Positions 53,497 through 64,000 of a DNA stretch of 64,000 bases are shown here, one piece after another. This stretch comes from Octopus sinensis. Lineage: Eukaryota. The DNA lies in NCBI RefSeq assembly GCF_006345805.1, contig NC_043017.1, positions 1,984,001 through 2,048,000 on the forward strand. Direction: 5' to 3'. Below the pieces are notes generated by a model. That model saw only the letters and a list, made by a program, of their open reading frames with translations, did not search any database and was not told the DNA's origin. How positions within the stretch are numbered: position 1 is the stretch's first letter; each line of letters begins with the position of its first letter. Made by a program: the position numbers and the translations under genes.

Positions 53497-54503
53497 CCTC
53501 CTTCTTTCCTTCTTTCCTGAGCGTTGTTGTGTTTTTTCTTGTGCTTTCTTGTTTGGATTAACTTTAACTATACATACATATATATATATATAGAGAGAGA
53601 GAGAATTTACGAAAAAAAACAAAAGCGAAGACAGGTTGTGTTCAAAAGGAACAGATGTACTAGTATAACGCTCAGGAATAGAAAAAGTATTTTACGTTTC
53701 GAGAGAGGGGAAAACAATGACATAAGTTGTAGACTTTTTATTTACCTGGAATATGGAAGAAGGTTTGGAGTGGCTGTGCGAATAAATTTTCGATGGGAAA
53801 ACCAGTGAGGTCATCAAAATGAAGAACTTACCCGAATGTTCGCAGAGAGATTCTGCTGAAGGTACCCGGAGGCTAGGTGGTCATAGTTTGGTCTGAGCAC
53901 ACAATAGTGACTAAAATTGAGAATAGGGATTAATTTGATGATATATACAAACCATTTAATCCCACGGGATTTCGTAATCTGAAGATCACGATCATATCAT
54001 TTTGATAACTTAATGGTGCCACAAAATTTCTATCCAAAGGAGTTCATAACCTGTTCTGTTTCAATGAATATACAAGCATATTCCATCGACATGTGATATT
54101 TATACATAAAAGGTATATCGAAGCTTTTATGCATATATACATATATAATTACTTACTCAATGGCTTGGAATATTTCATTAGAAAATAATATATTCTAAGC
54201 CTATACATGTCACCTAATTCATTGAAAAGTTAATGCCTACGATGTGTGTTTATTTGTGTTCGCATGTCTATGAATGCGACATGACAAAAGCAGACTTAAA
54301 AACGGGTGGGTGGAGAAGAGGGGGTATGTTTCAGTAAACACTATACAGATTTATGAAATATCATTTAGCATGGAATGAATATTTTATTACGAAACACATG
54401 TTAAGTACACTTATGAAAAAACATACACACATACATCTCGCATTTAGTAATAATGAAATTACGCGATTATTAAATTGCATTACCAATTCAAATGCCGGAA
54501 CAT

Positions 54504-54582
<79 letters not shown>

Positions 54583-54652
54583 ATATATACTTATATATAC
54601 CTACTCATGTGTATATATATTAGTGTATGCGTATATACCTACATATATATAT

Positions 54653-54683
<31 letters not shown>

Positions 54684-54734
54684 AATATATGTATGTATTT
54701 ATATATATATGCACACATACATATATATATACAC

Positions 54735-54805
<71 letters not shown>

Positions 54806-54877
54806 CAATATATATATATATAGATATATAATATATATATATACATATATACATATATATATATATATTATATATAC

Positions 54878-54911
<34 letters not shown>

Positions 54912-54942
54912 GTATATGTATATGTGTATATATATATATATA

Positions 54943-54986
<44 letters not shown>

Positions 54987-55721
54987 TCTCCTGAATGACT
55001 ATGCAGAGTCCTAATGTCGTACAAAATGTTAACGAGTATGGATGATTAAATATTTAAAAGGAATTTAAATGTCGCCCAATGTGCTCAGCCTTTACCTATC
55101 GCTGAATCGATGCAGGAAGCTGGTAGGGTCTCTTTCGAGAACAATGAGCGAGTTTTCATTCCACAAGTTCAAAATGAGAATTCACTCACATAAGCTGTCT
55201 TTTATCTCCCTCTCGAGACATTTCAGGAAGTTGACATTGGGATTTTTTTTTCTGAATACGATAAAAGAAAAATATGTGGCCCTCTTACACAGACATTTGT
55301 TAGCATAGTCACACACACACATATATATATATACATATACATGTGTGTGTGTGTATGGATGTGCAAATATAAACTCACGTATAAAGAAATTATACACACA
55401 AGAATGTAATATTTTGAACGCGGTTTAGCCTTGAAAACAGCAAAATGATCGGGTATAAAATAGAAAGAAAAAAACGTTACTAGTAGACAACCACGGGACC
55501 GCACCCCTCCGATACCGGCTGCGTCCTCTACTTTTAAGCTAAACTGCCAACTACCGACAAATCCCTCAAATTAAACTAAATATCATAGCTTTTATGGTAT
55601 CTGCTGGCAAATTTTACCGTCTTGTAAGATTAAAATATCTAATCTTTCTGCTGTGTTCAAGGTTATGTTGCGTTCGAAATGTTATTTTTCTTGTCTGTAA
55701 AATATGTATACATATAAGAAT

Positions 55722-56025
55722 ACTCCGTCGGTTACGACGACGAAGGTCCCAGCTGGTACGATCAACGGAACAGCTTGCTCGTGAAATTAAAGTGCAAGTG
55801 ACAGACCATTCCGCAGACACCTGTACCCTTAACGTACTTCCCAAGGAGATTCAGCGTGACAGAGAGTGACAAGGGTGGCCCTTTTTGAAATACAGGTACT
55901 ACTTATTTTTGCCAGCTGAGTGGACTGGAGCAACATGAGATAAAGTGTCTTGCTCACGGCCACAATACGTCACAACCTTACGATCATGAGCCCAATGCCC
56001 TAACCACTAAGTCACGCGCCCTCAC
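55722..56025 (-). mobile_element. SINE body type 3 plus tail X, full length
   Basis: tactccgtcggttacgacgacg...ttttgccagctgagtggactggagcaac...ccctaaccactaagtcacgcgc. Confidence 0.85.
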
Positions 56026-56650
56026 TGTAAAATATGAAACTAATTCGACGCTTCAAAAAAAAAAATGAACATAAAAATATTTCTTTTTTTACGTATGATA
56101 TTGCATTCCCAATAAGTTATGTTATTTAGCGCATAATTTGAAGGAGCTTGTTTTCAGTGGCCACTTTGGCTTAATAACAGTACTCAGTCACTATCTGAGA
56201 ACTACGGGTTCGAATACCGTGGCTGTCAGCTGGCAACTTTTTTTAAACTTATAAAAGTAAAATATCCAATCTTTCTGTTGTTTTCTTGGGTATATTGCCT
56301 TTGAAATATTTGTTTCTTGTCTTTATGTTATGAAGCACATTCCACGCTAATAAAAATAATAATAATAATTGATTTTGGACTCTGGGGTGAGAGCTGAAAA
56401 AGTGAATAAACTCAAATTGACATGACATATGCGTTTGGAAGATTTTCAAGAAGGGGCCCACTCTTCCCTATTTGGCCCACACATCGAGGTTGTTAGAATA
56501 AGATACCGGAAAGTGGTGAGAATTTTAAAGTAATTGAAGATTACAAGAATGCTAAACTGATCCAGGATGAGAGGCAATAAGATTATATCGAACACAAAAA
56601 TAGCTGATTACTGTTTAAAATAACCAAAGTTTATATACATGCATAGATGC

Positions 56651-57065
56651 AGGCGTTGCTGTTGCCCTGTAGTAAGAAGCATGCCTCCCAACCATATGGT
56701 CCTGAGTTCAGTCCCACTGCATGGCATATTGAGCAAGTGTCTTCTACAACAATCTCGGCTCGACGAAAGCCTTCTGAATGGATTTATTAGCCGGAAACTG
56801 AAATAAGACCTTCGTATATATGCAAGTGTATGTGTGTGCGCGTGTTTGTCTTTGTGTCTGTGTTTGTCTCCTACCACTGCTTGACAACAAATGTAGATGT
56901 GCTTAAGTCACAATAGGTTAACGGTTCGGCAGATGTTTCTGATAAAATAATTACTAGGCTTAAGAAATTAATTAATAAATAAACAGTTGCTGGGGTAGTT
57001 GCCTTCGACTAAAATTCCTCAAGGTGGTGCCTCAACATGACTAAGACAAATAAAAGGTAAAAGAA
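56651..57065 (+). mobile_element. SINE family 1, diverged full-length copy
   Basis: Head gtagtaagaagcatgcctcccaaccatatggtcctgagttcagtccc, then family body and tail. Confidence 0.75.
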
Positions 57066-58461
57066 GTAAAAAAAAAAAAAAGATGTAACAAATAAGAAGA
57101 ACAGAGACTTTCGTATATGACAGCTGAAATCATAGCATGAAGGCCTTGAACATCCTCCTCTAGTGTTTCCCAAAGATCCTTATACAGAGAAGGGATTTTG
57201 ATACACAGATTGAGAGAAGCTTCACCCTCCAACCAAATTCAGAGTTGCTCGAAACATAATTCAAAGGAATCGGTTTGCAAAAAAGCGATGAGTTTAGCGG
57301 TTTTACATTCATTTTTATAATGATTTCTGTTATTTTTCTGGTTTGACTTTTGAATGGGTTTTAACGTATTGTATTACGATTTTTATTCCACTCCACACAT
57401 TTTCCCCGCTCCTTTTACAAAACGCGCTTTTTATCGTATATATAAATATAGTCCCTTGTGAACACTAAAGTAAGGATTACTATTATTAATACCCTCTCCA
57501 TATTAATATACACGGAAATAATTATAATCCCTTGCTTAGAGCAATTCATTACATATATTATTTCTTTGTTCTGTGCAACCAGTTTTGTTTTTATCCAGTC
57601 TTAATATATTGCATTAAGGAGTGGTTAATAACACAGATGATGGTAATAAGAGAGTGGTAATAAGGCAGATGCTGCTTAATCCAAATAAAGCTATTCATGG
57701 CATATGTAATCTAATAATACATTTCTTTGCAATGTATTTTTCCTTTATCCCAGCCCCAACCTACTCAACTTCCCCAGATTGCTATAATCAATCATAGGAA
57801 TTGTTCGGTTATGTTATCAGAATGTATAGAATTGCAATTAAATTATTTATTTATTTATATTCGGTGTTAGTGCGCTTTGCTATTGTTCCGTCTTTGCTTA
57901 TTCATTTTGTTAATAACGATTTAAATATTAATATATTAATATTTTAATGCCGGAAAGTTCTTCTACGTAATTTTTCATTATATTAGAAATAGCAGCAAGA
58001 TGTCTCTCCAATCACACAATATTTTGTTTAAAACGTTATCAGACGCATTATGCTCAGCGGTATGAAACTCACAACGGAGCTGAACAGCAGAGGTCCTCTC
58101 AGTGACTCCGGGCCACATCAAGGTCATCACTCCTGGGTACCCTTCTCCTGTCACTTTTAGCCATTCGGATATCGGAGATTTGCACATTTAAACCGTCTAA
58201 AGATTTGACGAATTCTAGCTGGAACTCCTATCTGCTCTCATTGCTGCCAAAATTATCTTCTTGGAAAAACATTATTGAACTCGTTATGAAATAGTCTTAG
58301 ATACATTTTGGTTGAATATAAACCACGACGGTCACGTAAGGAATACATGAGATTACAAGATGGTAAATAAAAAATCATTAAAAATTGTGCAGAAACAGGC
58401 TTTATGAGAATTAAGAATCTACACACAACGATGCAGTCTCAATATATGTGTTATAAGAAGG

Positions 58462-58815
58462 AACTTGCAGAATCGTTAGCATACTGAGCAAATTGATTTG
58501 CGGCATTTCGTCTGTCTGGTTTCAAATTCCACCGAGGTCGACTTTGCCTTTCATCACTTCGGGGTCGAAACAGAAGAACACACATAACGTAGCTCTTATA
58601 AAAAGAGATATTATTTTCTACTCTTGGCACAATGCCCGAAATTTTTAGAGGAGAGGCAGTCGATTTGATGGGCCTCAGTACACAACTGGTACTTAATTTA
58701 TTGATGCCGAAAGGATAAATGCAAGTCGACCTCGGCGGAATGAGAACGCAAAGACAGACGAAATAGCGCTAAGCATTTCGCCCGGCATGCTAACGTTTCT
58801 TCCAGCTCCCCGCCT
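58462..58815. mobile_element. SINE family 4, convergent inverted pair (plus ~58462-58570, minus ~58618-58815)
   Basis: Both carry gcagaatcgttagca...atttcgtctgtc...ccgaggtcgactt in opposite orientation. Confidence 0.75.
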
Positions 58816-59648
58816 TAGTGAATATCATACGCTAAGTGGCAACACGTTTCGACTTTATTTACTGCGTTTCACATTAACTATCAATAAAGATTTCTTTCTT
58901 TTTCTTACACATTTGGTCTTCTTGTATTTTGTTCCTTTATAGAAAAAAAATCTGTCTTGACTGATCTTCAAGGAGTCACATGGACAATAGGAATGGAAGC
59001 AATTCTAAAAGAAAGTAAGGGTCAATGTGTGACTGTATACTAATTATCCATAGATGAATGTGCCATTCAGATATAACAGTCACACTGAATGGATGACTGT
59101 TTCGCTAACTCATTTCCAATTGCCTAAATACAAATATAAACACTCCGTAACAAAGACCTATGTTTAATAATAACAAAAATGCTGTTTTATTTCCTTGAAA
59201 CAATTTTCTCCTGATGGAATGATGCAGGCCTTATTAAATAATTCATTTTGTCATAACATGCATAGCATTCCAACCAAGTACGATCGATATCCATTTTGTT
59301 CAATTAGAGAATTATTGCATTATTTTGCGGATGATTGTTAGAAACAAATCATTGAAAACTTTTGCCAATTATATCAGCTGCAATCTGCACACTGGAAATA
59401 GATTATCTTTCAGCTGACATTGGCACATTTATAGTAAAAGTTTTTATTCATGCAGTGTTAGTAGCTAGTAGTGTGCATGACCAGAGCCTGAGCGATGCAA
59501 TCTCATTGATTCTAGTCGTAATGGCGAACGTCGACAGCAAAATCTTAATTCGATGCCTATAGATTAAACAAAGATAAGACAGCAAAAATTAGAAAACAAT
59601 AACAACAGCAATAATGATATTAATAATGATGATGATTATGATGATAAA

Positions 59649-59679
<31 letters not shown>

Positions 59680-59851
59680 TAATAATAATAATATTAATAA
59701 TAATAATAATGATAATAATAAAACAATATTTATAATAATAATAACGATGATGATACTGATGATGATGGTGGTGATGATAATAATAATAACAATATTAACA
59801 ATAATGATTATAATAAGAATAACGATGATGATATTGATTATGATGGTGATG

Positions 59852-59891
<40 letters not shown>

Positions 59892-60470
59892 TGATAATAG
59901 TAATAATAATAATGATAATAATCCTTTAATAATAATAATAATATAATAATATAATAATAATAACAATAACGGTAATAATAATAAAACAATAGCCAAGTAT
60001 ATAACGAAAATATTTAATCTTTGAATTTGCTTCTGTTTACGAAAAGTAATTATGATTAGAGCGCAGTAATGGTGTACGTCGTTATATCGTGGATTCGAAT
60101 GTTGATTTTTCTGGTATTTGTTGGTATCCTTTGTTATTTTATTAGTCTATTATCCATTTTTATATCATTTTATCACGATTCTTATCAATTCTTGCCTTTA
60201 TTGTGTGTAGATTTTTAATATTATCACGGGCCGTTGATGTTCTTCTTGTAACAGTTGACATCGCTGCATTATTCTATTGCTCTTGTTTTTGTTGATGAAG
60301 GAGCAAACGTTATTATTGTTTCTATTGTTGTTGTTATTGTTGTATTGTTTGTTATTTTTATGCTAATGAGGGTAAGGAATAAACTTGAATTCCTTTACCA
60401 TATTAAGTGGACTGCGGAACTTGTCAACAGCACAAGAGATAAAATTAAATATATATATATATATATATAT

Positions 60471-60547
<77 letters not shown>

Positions 60548-60558
60548 TATATATATAG

Positions 60559-60589
<31 letters not shown>

Positions 60590-61543
60590 ATATATGTATA
60601 TATATATAGATACCTATATATGTATGTATATGAGTAGCCATGAAAAGACAAAAATAATTATGTATTAAAACAAAAAATAATTAAACATACACATTCTCAC
60701 ATATAATCACATATATCGCATTGAAGCTGAAACACGTATATAGGCACATGCATATTCATATGCACAAACACTTACACACAGACACACACACACACTCACA
60801 CACTAAACAATTACTTTCATTTACAAAATTAAATCAGAGTCGATAATTGAATTCGAGTGGTTATTTATTTTCTGTATGTCTTCTTAAGATTGCACACACT
60901 TCCCTATCTCACTATCTGTTTCTGTTCTAATCTTCCTCCTCGTCCTCATCCCATTACTCTTCCCAAACTCATTTTTCTCCTCCTGCTTCAGCCTTCTTCC
61001 TTCCACATCCAATCTTTCTATTACCAGACCATATCTTTTTCCTCTCTACTTTCACTTTCGTTTCTCTTCCCCGCCTTCTTCTCCCTCTCTTCTCATTTCA
61101 TTTAGTCATTCTACTTGTACGTCATCTACTTTCGTCATTCCCCACCCCTTCCTTCAACACTCCACTCATTACGCATACTCCCCCGTTCCACGACCACCAC
61201 TCCGCTCCATTCTCCTCAATGCATTCCTCTCCCTCATTGTCTCACTCTTTCATCTTATATTACGACTCTCTTTCTTCTACTCCAGAACATTTCCCTACAC
61301 CGATATCTGCAGATCTATCGAAAAAGCTTTTATTGCCTTGGGAATCTATATTTGATTATAACGCGAATAGGAATTAATAATTCAAAAGTTTGGCTTTGAA
61401 AAGATTGAAAATATTTTGAGTAATTTTTTTTTCCTTCTTTTAAATTCAAGTTATTATAATTATTATCAATTCGTGTTCTTCATTTATATTTTAAGCTGTT
61501 ATATTTTAATAATACCAAAGATTATTATAATTATCATTATTAC

Positions 61544-61585
<42 letters not shown>

Positions 61586-61825
61586 TATTATTATTATTAT
61601 TATTATAATAATCCTCATCACCACTACCACGACCATCATCATCAACTTCATCACCATCATCATCATCATCATTATAATCATCATCATCATCATCATCATC
61701 ATCCTCATCATCATTATCCTCCTCCTCATCATGATCATCATCATCACAACTATCATCACCATCGTCGTCGTGGTGATCATTACTAACATCAACACCATTA
61801 TTAGATGTTGCTGTTGTTGTTGTTG

Positions 61826-61875
<50 letters not shown>

Positions 61876-61922
61876 CATTAATACTATTATTCTTGTAGTT
61901 ATTACTTTTATCATTACAGTAA

Positions 61923-61979
<57 letters not shown>

Positions 61980-62251
61980 CATACGTGCATATACATATAT
62001 GTATTTGTAAAATTTTTAAATATAATTTCGAATATTTATGATATTATATTTCACTCATTGAAAATACAAAAAGTCAAACTCTTATCGATTAATAGAACAG
62101 ATGGGATATAATGAGGGAGAAATCTAATAGGACAGATTTTAAATAAAGTTTTAACTATATTTTATTATTTTTTTGCGCTTTTTTTTTTCTTCATTTCACT
62201 GATTTTTTTGGTTTTGCAGCGCTTTGGTTTTGGTCGTTTATATTATTTTTA

Positions 62252-62298
<47 letters not shown>

Positions 62299-62524
62299 CG
62301 CTAGTATTCTCGTTAATTGCATAATTCATCAAAATTCTAACTATTCACTGCAAGGAGTCAAGTATATTGAGTTTGATAAAAATGAAAGTATCTGAACTTG
62401 TTTTCTGATAATTACTTTATTATCTGATTGCTTTTGTTATTATTGATTTCAAATGTTGTTATTATTATTGTAATCATTATTATCATTATTATTATTATTA
62501 TTATTATCATTATTATTATTATTA

Positions 62525-62567
<43 letters not shown>

Positions 62568-62831
62568 GTGGTTGTTTTTGTTGTTGTTGTTATCAACATC
62601 ATCTTCATCATCATCATTATTATCATCATTATCATCTTTATCATCATCATTATGAACATCATCATCATTATTAACATCATCATCATCATCGTCGTCGTCG
62701 TTATCATCATCAATATTGTTGTTATTATTATTATTAACATTATATAATATTCATGCATTGATATATATTAGCATGTTTTAAGAATAATTTTCAATAATTT
62801 TCTTCGTTCCTATATCTACTCTAAGCCTCTT

Positions 62832-62873
<42 letters not shown>

Positions 62874-63424
62874 ACCTAGCAACTTTATCAGAAGACAAAA
62901 TTGCTGAATGAGTTTCGTTTTTGTCTCTTCGGAAAGGCCCTCTTGTAATACCGTATATGTACAGACAGGCAGACTTTTGGCTTCTTCCCCGCTTGAAATA
63001 TTGTATAAGAAAATATTTGACAGAGTCAAAACCTAGGCGTCATTTCGTTCCTCGTTACGTTCTGAGTTCAAATTCCGCCGAGGTCAACGATACATTCTAT
63101 CAAATCGGCATCGGTAAAATAAGTACCAGTAGAAACGCTGAATTCTAAGTAAGCAACTTAACTCCTTCTCGCAGCTCTACGGGTATTCTGCCAAAATTTC
63201 AAACTAATTTTTTGATTTTTTCCTTTTGCTTATTTATTTATCTATGTTTCCATTTCGTTATATGTAAATCCCGACACTTTATGTCTATCTTTGTATCGTC
63301 CCCCTCATCTTTCGCCTTGATGGCAAATCAATGAAATCATAATAATAATAATAATAATAATAATAAGAAGAAGAAGAAGAAGAAGAAGAATATTAATATT
63401 ATTATTATCATTATTATTATTATT

Positions 63425-63897
63425 GAGTGGGAGAGCAGTGCATGCCATCAAAGGGACACTGGGGTAAAATATACGAAGCCCAGTATTTCCATCATGCCTA
63501 CCCGTCTGATAAGGGTACACCAAGCACATTCATCTCAACTATGTGCGTGACATGGTGATCTCATATCAAGATAAGCAGCGTATGACCTTGCAGGTGGAAC
63601 CCAGTTAGAATTTTCTTCTGGTCGAGTAACCCATCCCGCTCAAAAGGTCCCTAAATAAGGGTTGTTTAAGGATATTGAACGCACCAACCATGTTTCCAAA
63701 GGTGAATTATTTAAACCCCAAATAATTCCTCTCAACACATGGCTATGATGCTCCCCCACTACTTCTGCTCGTGATCAGAGATGCACATATCATCAGCCAC
63801 TAAGGGACATGCTCAACTGGTTATGGTCAAACAACTGACAAGTAAATCTGTGGTTTTGAGTAGAATATTTGCTGTAGCCCATCTTTTATACCAAGAC
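63425..63897 (-). mobile_element. Non-coding (TAA)n-associated element, copy 2 (5'-truncated, longer 3' end)
   Basis: Reverse-complement match to the 17136-17649 copy. It ends ...gatggcatgcactgctctcccactc directly into (AAT)n on the minus strand and lacks ~70 nt present at the 5' end of copy 1. Confidence 0.8.
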
Positions 63898-63957
63898 TAT
63901 AATTATTACACTCTCAAATTCTCTTCCGGCTTAGTCTAATCCTTCGTCATTTAAAAC

Positions 63958-64000
63958 TGGCACTCCGTCGGTTAATACGACGAGTGCCCCAGTAGATCCG
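63958..64000 (-). mobile_element. 3' tip of a tail-X SINE running off the window edge
   Basis: ggcactccgtcggttaatacgacgagtgccccagtagatccg. Confidence 0.6.

Overview
AT-rich eukaryotic window dominated by repeats and microsatellites, with one 100-N scaffold gap. The SINE families and the (TA)n/(TAA)n/(CAT)n landscape suggest an octopus (coleoid cephalopod) intergenic or intronic region; this is inferred from remembered repeat families, not from a search. I find no supportable host protein-coding gene, and almost all tracked ORFs are translated microsatellites. Supported content: (1) a 5'-truncated R4/Dong-clade LINE with an uninterrupted restriction-like endonuclease reading frame, sitting in (TAA)n; (2) two copies of a ~0.5 kb non-coding element whose ends also abut (TAA)n; (3) an RTE LINE 3' fragment; (4) an internally deleted mariner carrying an inverted copy of nearby flank DNA; (5) a 5S rRNA pseudogene directly upstream of a tRNA-SINE; (6) dozens of tRNA-derived SINE copies built from interchangeable heads and tails; (7) six near-complete copies plus one half-copy of a short Penelope-type cassette with minimal hammerhead-ribozyme folds, showing compensatory stem changes and a non-canonical CUGUNG(A/G) core in one subfamily. 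Coordinates were counted by eye and repeat boundaries are approximate.
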